Notes under the pieces: model-generated
Told to the model about the DNA's origin: nothing
Seen by the model: the letters and a program-made list of their open reading frames with translations, nothing else
The model's database searches: none
Part shown: positions 1 through 13,174 of the stretch, one piece after another
Layout: each line of letters starts with the position of its first letter
How positions within the stretch are numbered: the stretch's first letter is position 1
Source: Mytilus edulis
Lineage: Eukaryota
Length of the DNA: 64,000 bases
Assembly: GCF_963676685.1 (NCBI RefSeq)
Contig: NC_092353.1
Location: forward strand, 35,154,001-35,218,000
Direction of reading: 5' to 3'
Position numbers and translations under genes: made by a program

Positions 1-98
1 CATTAAATTATTTCAAATATTTTACTTTTTATGTAATATAGTTTCTTTACTATCTGGAAAAACTCCTGCTATCTAGTTTTAAGTATGAGGTGGTAAAT

Positions 99-535
99 TA
101 GAATGAAATTCAAAACAGTGTGGACGTGGCCATTGATTGACACATCCATTGACTGGGACAATTTAGTGAACGTTTGTATGTAACAACTACTGCTCACTAT
201 GTACTTTTTAAAGACACCTAAACTATGGGGTCACCAAAGGTTCTCAACACCTTAATAAAGTAATTCGAAAAACTAATCAGAAATAACACGATGTTTTGAT
301 TTATATCAATTATATAAATCAAAACATAAAGGTTATTCCTGATTAATTTTTTGAATTATTTTATAATTAAAGGCGTTAAGAAACCTTTGGTGACCCAACA
401 GTTTAAATGTCTATCGTAGGTACGTCGTGAACAGTGGTCGTTACAGACAAACGTTCACGTAAATTGTCCCAGTCAATGGATGAATTTAATGTGTCAATCA
501 ATGGCCACAGCCACACTGTTTTGAATTTCATTCTA
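99..535. mobile_element. Fold-back MITE (~440-bp imperfect palindrome bounded by TA)
   Basis: tagaatgaaattcaaaacagtgtgg at 99 is the reverse complement of ccacactgttttgaatttcattcta ending at 535. Complementarity continues inward to a centre near 310. TA at both ends suggests Tc1/mariner type. Confidence 0.75.
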
Positions 536-3500
536 TTAAATGTGATTGAAAAAAGGATTGAAAATCAAAGAAACACGTGTTATATAATTTTGACCTGGCT
601 AGACAAGAAATCATCGTTTGTAAAAGGACAGAACGCATTATAAGATGGACGAAGATGAAACAGATGGTAAGTTTGTTGATATGTGATATGTATTACAAGT
701 ACACTTCATTTGAACTTCTTAGACATTTTTATGCTATCTATATTTGCCGTTTATCATTTTTGCTTATTTGATTTTCAATTTACTAGGTGATATCAAATGT
801 AAGATGACGCATGGAATACATAAATGAGACAGCAAACCAACAACACAAACATGAATTCTTCAACAATAGGATAAATTAAATACGCAAAACTCTGTACTTG
901 CCTGTTTCTATAAAATGGGTAAATAAATCGAACAGAGACAACCAGAGATCTGAAACCATCAAACTATTCTCAGTATAGCGTAAAACAGTTTAGGTATGAC
1001 ATAGGACAACTTGTCGCGTCACTAGGTTCTGGACATTTTTGGTGAGTCGCAACTTCGGAATTCAGTAAATATGTTTTTGAAATTAAATGTGTAAAACCCT
1101 TCCTTTCACAATAGTTAGCACTTATGAATGCCTGTTTGGTGTCTGTGTTGAAAACTTATATTTTCATGATTTCGTAGTTTATAACTTCTTTTCGATTTGT
1201 GTAACTAAATATGTTTAGCATAAAAACAACGAAGTCAAATTCATAATTGTTTTTTTGTTTGTTATTTATTTACACGATAAGGCTCCAAATTTTACACAAA
1301 TGCATTGAATTGGACTCATACAATTTTTCAGAGGCAATTGCATCTATAGCTCCTTTAGACGGGTCATTTGAAGCTGTTGGTGATACTAATTCATTTCTAG
1401 CATTCATAAAGTATAAATGAAATATTGTCTCATTTTCAAGATAATGACATTCTTAGATATCATAACATGCTCTTTTATGGTACTGACGAATTCCTTGAGC
1501 ACCATGTGCAAATCCATTATATGGGTTCACGATTGCACTTTTACATTTAGCAGTAGATCTTCGAGGTTGGTCAAACATTGCATGGCTGCTGAAATAAATA
1601 AACGTAGTATTGTTTAATTAGTTCTTTAGGATTAAAGTTTATAATATGACTGCGGCAATAAAAGATTTAAAAATTAAGAAACAAATATTGAAAAATAGGA
1701 TCCTCTCAATATTGTTTCATATAATGCTATTCAGTGAAACTACAGTGTTAAATATAATATATCGTTATTTATTGCTAGACATAATCCAAAGATGCTCACA
1801 ATATTGGCAGCAGAATTCCATCCTGAAATTTTAAACCCGATCTGGTGAGTTTTACATGTGTGGCATGGTTAAGGCGAAGAAGAGGTTGGGGAGCCCGCAA
1901 ACATGTTTTACTCCGCAATATTTTGTTTATAATGTCTCAAGATAAGTGTCTGTAATGCCGTTAATATCGTATGTTACTGTGTATCATATTTTGCTATTTA
2001 TTTTGGACAGAAATTAGGCTGATGGTTTTCTAATTGGAATTCCTATACATTGAATTTTGTCGCAGCCTTTTATATCTTGCTAAGAAATATGGTTTTGCTC
2101 ATTGTTGAATGTTGAAGGCCTCTTGATGACAAATAGCTGCTAACATCTACGTAATTTGATCTCAGGTGGATAGTTATATCATTGGCAATCATATTGCATC
2201 TACTTATAACATATTACTACATTGTATGTGCGTTCTTATGTCCTTTTGTGTTTCAAATGGAACGATTTTTGTTGATTTTGATAGTATAACCCTTCATTAT
2301 ACACGACAAGAATTACATAACTGAACCATGTCGAACATGAACTTAACCATGACACGAATGAACCAAACCATGACACAGATATTTCAGTAATTTTGAATTG
2401 ATTGCAAAAGTAGGAATTTTTCAGAATAATTGACCGCAGTGTTATATCACGAAGATATATGTGATGTAACAGACTGTAAGAAAATAACTTTTTTTATGCA
2501 CGATAAACCAATTAGCAGGTTTTAAATTTTGACATACGCAAGCTTTGTTCTGTGTTAAATCATTCGCTATATGATACAACTTGTGATGTACTAGCATATT
2601 TACTTTATACAAAGGTACTTACCAGCTTGAATTAATGATCAGAAGTTCCGTTTACAAAATATCCCAATGTTTACATTTTTGCATTGATTGTCATAAAAAA
2701 AACTTAACACCGTCATGTCAAACTTATCCAAACTATGACAAAATCACTGTACTAAACGCTCCTCGATATGACGACCTTACTACCCGTGATTGTTCAATTA
2801 TAAAAAAAACACTTCGCGTTTTTAAAAACCTGAAATTTTGCAAACCAGGATTACACTGTCCTAAAAGGCTTTGAAATGGCGAAAGTATGAATAAAGCAAC
2901 GCCAATATTGTCCTAATTCAGAACAATCATGTATAGATCATCGATCACGAACAATTAATACATTTCAAATGAAAGTGTTTTGTTTCATTTGTGAAAACTG
3001 AACCGATTGGAAAACCAATAAAGAATATAGTGCGTTCTGTATAGTATTGACGAAAAAAAAGTAAACAGCAATAGTTGATTTAAGGATAATTAAGGTTCTA
3101 CAACCATTTAACCAATTTACTTCTTCGAAATTTACTAATGATCAATTTAGAAAATTGCTTTGACTAACAACACCATATTCGAATATTGGACAACATTAAT
3201 TGAAATGTATAACATTGATTTGCCTACTCAATTATAGCAAAAACTGTTTACCAAATCGTTTATTAAGCTAGGTTCACACTGCCGATCAGATCAATTCGAT
3301 CAAGCCCGATTAAGACAAATTACGTGATCGGGCGACTGGTCTGACTCAATCGACAAGGATGTTCGGGATAGTCTACCCTACTCGTCATCGATCTGACCAT
3401 TTACCCGAGAGTTTTGACATGTCAAAAACAATCGAGTAAGGACCGAGAAGCAAGTCACTCGAGAAGAGACCGAGAATTCGTCGAGTAGCGGTGTCGACTA

Positions 3501-4011
3501 ATGTCTGATCATTTCAGAGTGGTCGAATGTTGTCGCAAAGGGATCGGGTATTGGTCGAGTTGGTCTAGGGTAAAATAAATATAGAAGTCGCAGTGAGCTT
3601 TTTGTTGACATTTTCTACGTGTACTACCATATACTACAAAATAAGACAACGATACTGATATCTAGCTGGCGAACAAAATTTAAATCCATGAAAAAAAACC
3701 CCAACAATAACAACAACACATAAAGCCTTTGGAAAGGCACTTCAAGACTACAAACACTACACAAAAAGTCAAGAACACGACCAGGCATAGTTACCGAAAC
3801 CATATCTTTTCACACCTTTTGGCATGTGTGGCTTACAATGCTATTAGTCTTCGTCTTCCATTTGGCATTTCTACTTCTTTTATTAGAGCACAAGTGATGA
3901 GTCGGACGTAGAAAACCCCATGTTTGGCGTAACAAATTATAAACCAGGGATCATTGATTAGTTTGAATGCATTAATGTAACAACTTATATACCAGGGATC
4001 ATTGATGATTT

Positions 4012-4267
4012 AGGGGCCTCGGTGGGGTAAGTAGTTAGTACTGTAACTGTTTGCCGGTCAACACTGAGGTTGTGAGTTCGAACCCCGATCGTGCGGGTGA
4101 ACTCGACTCCAATCTTAATTGACTAGGATTGTCAGTTTTCCTATCGAATGTCAGTGTTTTTTCCAGAGCACTGCGGCTTCCTCCACCAATAAAAACTGGC
4201 TGCCACGAAATAGCCTAAATGTGGTGCTTAAAAGTGGCGTTAAAACATCAAAAATCAAAAAATCAAC
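4012..4267 (+). mobile_element. tRNA-derived SINE with V-domain-like core
   Basis: 5' GGGGCC head, B-box GAGTTCGAACC, central gcactgcggcttcctccacc resembling the V-SINE domain, (AAAATC)n-like tail, and a 13-bp TSD tcattgatgattt at 3999-4011 and 4268-4280. Confidence 0.85.
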
Positions 4268-4387
4268 TCATTGATGATTTTTTAATACATTGATAATAAG
4301 TATTCAGTGATTTGCATCATATATTTGCGAATTGGTAAGTTTCTCTTATATAAACAGTAGTCATTATTACACAATTCACAAAAAAAG

Positions 4388-4700
4388 TAAAATCACAAAA
4401 ATACCGAACTCCGAGGAAAATTCAAGACGGCCAATCCCTAATCAAATGGCAAAATCAAAAGCTTAAACACATCAAACGAATGGATAACAACTGTCATATT
4501 TCTGACTTGGTGCAGGCACTTTCTTATTTAGAAAATGGTGGATTGAACAAGATTTTATAGCTAGTTAAACCTCTCACTTGTATGACAGTTCAAATTCCAT
4601 TATATTGACAACGATGCGTGCATGTGAACAAAACAGACATTATAGGTAAAAATGTCAATAATAAAGCAGTCAACATTGTGCTGTAATCCTAATCACTAAA
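4388..4700 (+). repeat. Dispersed repeat family A (aaaatcacaaaaatac[c/t]gaactccgaggaaaattc...ctgacttggtacaggc...ttgacaacgatg)
   Basis: The same sequence recurs at ~4975-5135(-), 5362-5470, 16625-16835, 23180-23405, 29880-29970(-), 31935-32260, 35965-36120 and 58190-58290(-). Confidence 0.8.
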
Positions 4701-5720
4701 AATATACAAACATGTAACAAAGAAGCACGAAATGGCATATAAACCAATCATATTAGTAAAAATTAGACAAGAATGCACAAATTTACCATAGAACAATAAC
4801 ACAATGACGGGATGTATAAGTACAGAGCCACGTCATACATGTAACGAAGAAACTTAAAAAGGCATATAGACAAAGCACATATTAAAAATGAAAGAAGAGC
4901 AACAAACAACTTTTCGAAGTAACACCAAAAAGGCATATAGACAAAGCAGATGAGCAAAATGTGTGTATATATTTAGTTCAGTCCTGGCAGCATAACACAC
5001 AATTCTCGTATATGACAGTTGTTATTCATTCGTTTGATGTGTTTGATGTGTTTGAGCGTTTGATTTTTTACCATTTGTTGAGGGATTATCCATTTGAAAA
5101 TTTCCTCGAAGTTAGGTATTTCTGTCATTTTACTTTTTTCTATCAAATATTTAAGCAAAATCAATTGATATATTATTTGTTCCGTTTATACATGGTCTAT
5201 AAAATAGTTTCTGAACGATAAACAACGAAATCATATTTGGAGGACAATATACCGTCTTTTTATACGTCGTTTTCAACAATATGTAAGTGTCTTTTCATTA
5301 TCTTAAAATATAAATCGCTCCGAAATAGATGCATAAATTTAGCTAAATGTAAGCTATTACAGAGTAAAATCACAAAAATACTGAACTCAGAGGAAAATCA
5401 ATCCGGAAAGTCCATAATCACATGGCAAAATCAAATAACAAAACGCATAAAAAACGAATGGACAAGAACAGAGATGGCAGTTTCATGAACAGGCCTTACT
5501 TCTTAAATGTCAGAAATAAAGTAATAAAAGACAACCACTAACTTTGAGCGTAAACATTTGGGGGAGCTATACTGGGATCGCTTAAATCTCAACTTCTTCT
5601 CACTTCCTCTCCGCTCCACCCTCCTAAAAATTACCTTTTTGTTAAGAAAATATAGTTGTTTTACTACAAATAGCCATAAGAACCGTTTTGTTAATTATAA
5701 CGCCTCGTGCCTTGTATATA

Positions 5721-6040
5721 GTTATCAAATGTAGCAGAATTATAATTTAGTACGCCGTTGACGCGCGTTTCGTCTACATAAGACTCATCAATGACGCTCA
5801 GATCAAAATAAATGTGAAGCCAAACAAGTACAAAGTTGAAGAGCATTGAGGATCCAAAATTCGAAAAAGTTGTGCCAAATACGGCTAAGGTAATCTATTC
5901 CTGGGATAAGAAAATCCTTAGTTTTTCGAAAAATTCAAAGTTTTGTAACAGGAAATTTATAAAAATGACCATATAATTGATATTCATGTCAACACCGATG
6001 TGCTGACTACTGGCCTGGTGATACCCTCGGGATCGAAACC
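5721..6040 (-). mobile_element. Retrozyme-like repeat with degenerate hammerhead ribozyme (core ~5752-5799)
   Basis: The minus strand reads gagcgtca-UUGAUGA-GUCU-uaugu-AGAC-GAAA-CGCGCG-UC, with C3->U and a disturbed stem I. The body aligns with the copy at 13175-13477. Confidence 0.8.
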
Positions 6041-6734
6041 TATATGCCCCTTTTCGGAACTTGTATTTGACTGGTCATAATATTGTGTGATTTATAAGAT
6101 AAACATATTATAGTACTGTAGCTACTGGTCGTAACTCGTCGTTACTGGTCGTTTTTAACATAAAAACTGACCAGTCAACTTACTGTTAGAATATTTATTT
6201 CAAAACGTAAAATGTAAGATTTTACTTGGTATGAACATATTTTATAAAGAGTTAATTCAAATGTCTTCATACCAAAATATTTGTATACAATTTAACAAAG
6301 TGAAATTTTGCAAAAACAACAATAACATCTGAAACATAGACACACACCAAAAACAAGTGTGACGTTATAACATACGGCACCACCATTTTTATATCACCAA
6401 CTACAACGGATATTCATAACTATATTTTTTTATCATATTTAGGTAAAAAGCTTTCGAATCAATGTTAGTACACAATTTCAATCCACATAAAATCTAAAGT
6501 AGAAATTGTATGTAGTACATTTGTAATTATTCAAGGTTTTCAAATTCTAAATATTGTTTTAAAATTTCATGTTATGTTTTAATTTTTTATTTTCATGGAT
6601 TGCAAAATAACAATAACAAAAACATCACAACTTAGAATATCTAGTGGTTAACATAAAATCTGATAAACAATCAAAGTTATCGTCTTTAATGGCTGATTTG
6701 TGTAATTCGAATTCCCTTTTGTTTCAACCCTAAT

Positions 6735-7901
6735 TTACATACTTGCATACAGAAAATATGCCACAAGAGTAATGACAATAATTAAATAGGAAGAAACTAA
6801 AAAAAACTTATCAAGCAAATAAGATACATATTTTCCATTATAGATCTGTTTTTCTTTTTTCTTACAATCAAAAAGAGTAACGTCCTGATTCCTTGTTTTC
6901 TTGTGAACGAAACAGTTCACGATCCTTCCAGGGAAATAGTCTTCCTGGTAGTACAGCTTGGTCGTTATAATGACAGCCACTACCGTTAATCCACTAATCA
7001 ACATGATAATAATCATAACAATCAACAGGAAACACATGGGATTAGAGGATGCTGGTATTGATGCTGAAACAAGCGTTAAAAATATGGCGTACGATAAAAG
7101 TATTGTCATTGATAATGATATGCGTTCTCCTGATTCTACCGGAAGTAAAAACACTAATGGATTAAGAAAGGACAGTAACATCGTTGGAAGGACAATCATT
7201 ATTATGTAATACATTGGTTTACGTTTTAATGATAGGCTCATATGAAACTTATAATAACCTTCTGGTTCTATTTGTGCATATGTTTTTCTAGTTACCACTT
7301 CCAAATTTGAGTCCTTTGTGTAAAAATCTAAATTAACTTCCTCAAAAAACGATATCAATTTGTAAAATGTAGCGCCTCCACCCCATGCAAGAAATTCTAA
7401 TAGGCATGGTTGGGTGTCAAAAGGAAATTTAGAAATATCAGTTTGACATTTTGCTTCTAAAATACTTCCTGGAGAATAATTAACAAACCCGCTGCTATTT
7501 ATATTTACTCTAAAAGCAGAATCAAATCCAACTGGTTCAAATTTTTTGGCATTGTTTTGTAGATAAAACCATGGTAACCATACATCTTTAGAATCCACAT
7601 CCAATGAATTTATATTTCCATATTCTACAGGATTCCATGATAATGATGTGTCTTTCCATACTATAGCTAATCCTCCTGTTAGAACTAGCGTTTCCTCGAC
7701 TTCTCTAAAAGAGTTGATTGATAATAAATAAAACGCCAGTGTAATTTCAAAAGGCTCTGATTGATTATTTAGAGGTGTGATATTATTCCTATAACTACTG
7801 AAAAGATCGTCATAAAGTTTTGTCACATTTTCAAAAGTTTGTCCTAAACCTGGCAAATGACATTGGAGAAATACCATGCAACAGTATATGAAACGATTCA
7901 T
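6735..7901 (-). CDS. Atypical nicotinic acetylcholine receptor-like Cys-loop subunit (non-alpha), copy 1
   Basis: 388-aa ORF with signal peptide, Cys-loop CQTDISKFPFDTQPC, M1-M2 LPVESGERISLSMTILLS and four TM segments. No vicinal CC in loop C. No introns in the CDS. Confidence 0.95.
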   Translation of the reverse strand: MNRFIYCCMVFLQCHLPGLGQTFENVTKLYDDLFSSYRNNITPLNNQSEPFEITLAFYLLSINSFREVEETLVLTGGLAIVWKDTSLSWNPVEYGNINSLDVDSKDVWLPWFYLQNNAKKFEPVGFDSAFRVNINSSGFVNYSPGSILEAKCQTDISKFPFDTQPCLLEFLAWGGGATFYKLISFFEEVNLDFYTKDSNLEVVTRKTYAQIEPEGYYKFHMSLSLKRKPMYYIIMIVLPTMLLSFLNPLVFLLPVESGERISLSMTILLSYAIFLTLVSASIPASSNPMCFLLIVMIIIMLISGLTVVAVIITTKLYYQEDYFPGRIVNCFVHKKTRNQDVTLFDCKKKEKQIYNGKYVSYLLDKFFLVSSYLIIVITLVAYFLYASM

Positions 7902-8967
7902 TTCTTAATAGTTCCACGTTTACTTGTTAAAAGAAGCAGAATGATATACACATACAAATTTCAAGTTTTAAATACGTTATAAAACGATATATTGTTGACG
8001 AATATCACGTCGTTTAATCTCTTGTTAAAATTTAATCACCTTGAGAAGTATATAAAGTAAATCGCTTTTTCATTTGCGTTAAGCTAGTTAAATTGGAAAT
8101 GACGTTTATACTCTGGAAGTAGTTCAAACTTTTAAATGGAACAGCATTATATTGTTAATTGAGTTTTATAATCACAATATTTAATAATCCGTATATAATA
8201 ATATTATTGTTGTAAATTTCATCAACAGTCGTCATTTATTGATGTATCGCCACTTGATTTACCCATAATGATACCTAGCAATATGAACTCTCAACACAAT
8301 TATGATGACGTGCGATTGCTGATTACTAGTAATGTAAAGTTGAAATATCAAATGCATATTGAGGACAAGAACATATTCAAATGAATTGAATCAGGACCCT
8401 CTTTTCCTTTCGATCATGGCAGTATCACTATATGTATTCTATGTTATTTTTTTAAAATATAAATTCGATAGCCTACTTGGTCGCTTAATCTATTCTTTTA
8501 TTTTATTGTGTGCACGAATTTCTAAACAAGTCTGTACTAAGTCAGGAATCTGATGTTGAGTAGTTCTCGTTGGTTGACGTAGTTCAGCAGTGTTGCTCGT
8601 TCTTTATATATATTAGCCCGTTAGTTTTCCTGTTTGAATGGTATTACACTAGTTATTTTGGGGGTCCTCTATAGCTTGCTGTTCAGTATGAGCCAAGGCT
8701 CCGTGTTGAAGATCTTACTTTGACCTCTAGTGGTTTACCTTTTACTTGGATGGAAGGTTGTCTCATTGGCAGTCATACCACATCTTCCTTTATATGTGTA
8801 AATACATATGTTGTTTAATTCCATTTCCATTTCATTTATAAGTATATCATCTCAGGAAATAGCAAAGAAAAAAGATAGTTTTTCTTTGTATGATCTATAG
8901 GCGAATAAATAGATCATGCATATCAGATCAAATTATCTTTCTAGTATAAATGTATGTCAATTAAAAA

Positions 8968-9280
8968 TTAAGGTCATCACTCAAGAAATTTTACGGTCGC
9001 CATCATGAGCTGATTATGCCAAAAGTGTATCAGAACTCATATCTGATATTCTCCCTATATCATAATAACCTTCCATCAATACCGGACTGAACAAAGAAAT
9101 AACACGACGGGTGCCGTATACGGAGCAGGAAATGCTTACCCTTCCGGAGCACCTGATTTCACTCCCGGTTTTTAGTGGAGTTCGCGTTGTTTCTTAATTA
9201 TTATTTATAACTGTTGATGTAAATGTCCTGTGTTTTTTTTGAGTCTTTGTTTACTCCTTGGTTTTGATTGTTATTGTCTT
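8968..9280 (+). mobile_element. Penelope-like element 3' fragment (RT thumb end plus 3' region)
   Basis: Encodes LRSSLKKFYGRHHELI, matching the C-terminus of the ORFs at 18785-19372 and 28591-28797. It is followed by the conserved gggtgcc...gcttacccttccggagcacctg motif. Confidence 0.8.
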
Positions 9281-10949
9281 AGATATGTTAATCTTTTTAT
9301 TTTAGAAATCTCCAAAATAAGAATAAATCTAAAAGAATAAGACTGACGCTAAAAGAGAAATAACGTTACGTTATTCAATTTTCCTTACCTACCTAAACAA
9401 ATCTTAACATATTTTAAAGACGGTTAAAGACGGTTTGAATATGGTATCACATTGATTTTAATAACTTAAACACATGTACATCGGTTTACAAGTATGATGC
9501 AATTTTCTACCGTAATACCTACCTTCTTGTTAAAATATAGGCAACTAATCATATTTAAATTTAAAATAATAAGCACTTCGTTGTACAAATAACCCATTCT
9601 TATTTAAAGTCTCATGAAGTGTGCTCATTAGATCTTGTAAACTCAATACATATAACTATTATCAAATTGATTCTCATTAAAGAGTTAAACTTGTTGGTAA
9701 GTTTGTGTTGTACTCTTACGCTACTCTAGAGGTTATGGGAAATACTATAAAGAGTAACAAAGTACGGACCTATAAAGTAAACTTCAAATGAACTTGTCCT
9801 TAAAAACTGTTAAAGCAAGCACTCTGCTATAGCAACCAAAGAGACGACTCGAATACAACTGTCATTGTCCTCACTTTATAAGGAATTTCCAGAATATGTA
9901 TAAAGTAATATGTCTTTTTACCGTGCAAGACTCCAATGGGAAGACAAGGAAAGATAAAAAACTATCGTAGGTAAGATACTTAGTTTGAAGGTTATATGAT
10001 GCGGACAGCAACTTAAATCAGTGTATTCATTACTGCAAAACGAAACTTGCGTTATTATCCTGAATTTTAAGAGAATTAAGAGAAGATATTTTTTTTTATA
10101 CATTTTGTATATTCATAAAAGGCTTTAAAAATAAACAATTCCAGAATCAAGATTATTTGAAGCAGATGTGCTATCTGTACGCCTACAGTAAATTGCATCA
10201 TTAAACTAAGTATCTTATCGCCGAGAGTTTTTTTTTATCTATCTTGTCTGTCCAAGATAGTCTTGCACGGTCCGTTTCAAAAGGAACTTACTTTGTGACT
10301 AAATAACATAAATAAAATTATGAAAGGTTCTTCATATTGGTATATAATATTTTGAAACGTTTCCAAACAAATAAACGAAAGTATAGATATACATAAATGT
10401 CTTTAATAAACACTTATAAATACACAGATCTATTTAAACATTCATAAATGTTGTTATGATTTAAAATTGAATTTAATAACTATACGTAAAGATAAAATTT
10501 TGAACCTGTTGTTGGTTGACAATACATTAAAATGTGATATTAAAAGAATTGATTAACACACCTTTCGTGCTCTAGCTTCAATGAATGTTCTAGTTCTAAA
10601 CTATTAATATAATCTCTAACTTAGAGACAGCTAATGAATGCTCACCAACAGTAAAGTATATTTGTCTGAAATGTTGTTAAACCTGCTCGGAGAAAATGTA
10701 CGAACTCCTAGACTTTCAAAGGTCATAATTAATGTGTTTAAACATTTATGCAATACGATTGTTAAACCTTATATGTCTCTTACGGTATAAAACACTAAAA
10801 CAGATCGAATGCTTGCATCAACTTACACAAATAAAGATTTGATTAAAGCCTGAAATTGTTGGCATTTTTTTTCTTTATTCATGTCAGTGTTAAAAAAGCC
10901 AAATGGTGAACAAAATAAGTAAAATCACAAACAAAAATGAACTTCTGAA

Positions 10950-11260
10950 GTTCTTAATAATAAAACGTATGTAGTACCCAGCCAATCCCAAGAAACGTCG
11001 AACATCTTCGGGTGATGTAGGTGTTGGCCAAGTCAGGACTTTCACGGTCTTTTCTGGATCTACTCCCACTCCATCTGCTGAAACAATGTGTCCCAGGAAC
11101 TTTACCTTGCGTTGAAAGAACGAACATTTCTTGGGTGCCAACTTCAGGTTCGCCTTTCTGATGCGGTCCACTACCAGTTGCAAGTTGTTGGGATGTTCCT
11201 CATATGTCTTTCCAAAGATAATCACATCATCAATGAACACAATGCATATTCTTAGGTGGT
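10950..11260 (-). mobile_element. Ty3/gypsy LTR retrotransposon RT fragment
   Basis: FIDDVIIFG...LKLAPKKCSF...VKFLGHIVS...DPEK...WPTP...VRRFLGLAGYY are gypsy RT motifs 5-7 and thumb. Truncated on both sides. Confidence 0.9.
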
Positions 11261-11261
11261 A

Positions 11262-11512
11262 ATCAGGTACCAGGATTATAATTTAATACGCCGACGCGCG
11301 TTTCGTCTACATAAACCTCATCAGTGACGCTCAGATCAAAATAGTTATAAAACCAAAAAAATACAAAGTTGAAGAGCATTGAGGACCCAAAATAGTAAAA
11401 AGTTGTGCCAAATACTGTCAAATACGGTAATGCAAAGAAAATCTATAATTATGACTATATCTGTTCAATGGTAATAAGTGCTGACTACTGGTTTGGTGAT
11501 ACCCTGGGGGAA
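11262..11512 (-). mobile_element. Retrozyme-like repeat with degenerate hammerhead (core ~11288-11332)
   Basis: The minus strand reads gagcgtca-CUGAUGA-gguuuauguagac-GAAA-CGCGCGUC-ggcg; stem II is mutated. The body has an internal replacement. Confidence 0.75.
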
Positions 11513-13174
11513 TAAAAACCCCACTGATTTATTCCAACCAACTCACTACAAACTATGCAAACTGTTTCATAGATTATATTATGGGACTGTACATAAGGAT
11601 GCAATGCACTCAGATAAAGATTTGTTCATACGGGTTTGGCTGTTTTGTTTAGAACCTTTCGGCTCTCATATATACTATCAAACATTTTATTATTTTTATT
11701 GGATATGTTAAACTGAAACCAGCTTTTGTAAATGAGTTAAATGCAATTAAGTAGAAAAATTTAGTTTAAAATTATATCTTAAGAAATAATCACAAAAAAA
11801 CAATAGAACAACACTGGAATTTAATATTAAATATTCAGTAACAAGCGAATTTGCTTTCGAAATTTTACCCTGTCCTGTATTCGGTATTTGATTTATGAAA
11901 ATGTCTGTTCTATTTTTGTGATTGATGCATGCAAAAAAAGTCAACATTAAACGAACATTTAAAAGTAAAATAAAAAAAAATTGAAGAAGCATTCAAGTCA
12001 AAGTTTAATTTAAAATCTTTCAGAAGTCTTTACACAAAGAAGCCAAAGATAAAATACAAACAACGATACGGTAACAGCCAAGTTGCTATTTCCTGAACTA
12101 GAGATAAAAATGTTTTAGTTTGTTACCCCGATTTTGTTTTTTGTCCATGGATTTATGAGTTTGAACAGCGGTATACTACTGTTGCCTTTATTTATATACA
12201 ACAGTTACGGTTAATATAAAAACATTGAAGGTTCTATAGATTTGACCAAAAAAAAAAACCCAGTGATAAACGGTAATATAGCATTTGTTGATTACAATTA
12301 ATATAATCAGAACCACTAAAGCAATTCCTTGGATCAAATGTTCGGATGATCAATCTCAGATTATTACTTTTAAAAATTGACAAAATCATAATGAAATTCG
12401 ACTGTTATTTATTCAAATTTTTAGCATTGATCGTTCTACTCAATTATACTAAAAACTGTAATCAACATCGTGTATTTTGTTTCATTCTGTTGACTAATTG
12501 GACAATATATCAGTTGTGTCTAAAGAACTAACACAGCATTAATTGTTTGCTAACTCGATGTAATAAATCATATTACAAAATGTGACTAAGACATTGGTAT
12601 CGAGGAGGCAATCAAAAAGTAGGCGAATTAGGTAAAAAGCAACAACGTATAGAACAACTGGAACCCATTTCCTTCCAAAAACAACAAGAAAATATATCTG
12701 CCATTTTTAGCTCTAACGTATTTTATAGGCCTGCTTTCTTTGATGATTGTTAACTATAGACTAATTCCCGGTTTTTATTGACAATCAATTGATCAATCAC
12801 AGTCCCTGCTGTTATGATTGAGAATCATGTCTCAAAAATTATACAAGAAAATAACCCGTACGGGTATTTTGTCAAATGTTTTGGCTAACACTAACAGCAA
12901 TCTTGTGAGAATTTCTAGTAAACAATCCCAGTTAAATAGACATAGGAAGATGTGGTGTGAATATTTTTCATCAAATCTATGATTTATTCTAAATAAATCT
13001 AATTCATTATCATGATATGCCAAACATTACATTAATTAAGAAATTATACTGAAATTGAGTCAGATATAGATGTTCTTACATGGTTAAAGGTGTTTTCCTC
13101 AGCCACTTTCGGTTTTTGAATACACGTAAAGTTTTTTATTTGTTATGTTGAAAAAAAAACCCTGAAAAAAACAC

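Noticed and set aside
4012-4095. tRNA gene
   Set aside because: It has a B-box but no complete cloverleaf, and continues into a SINE body with tail and TSD.
6958-7209. 83-aa ORFs antisense to the receptor genes (also 15760-16011, 22621-22872, 35428-35679)
   Set aside because: They are shadows of the conserved hydrophobic M1-M3 coding sequence and start at non-ATG codons; there is no independent evidence for them.
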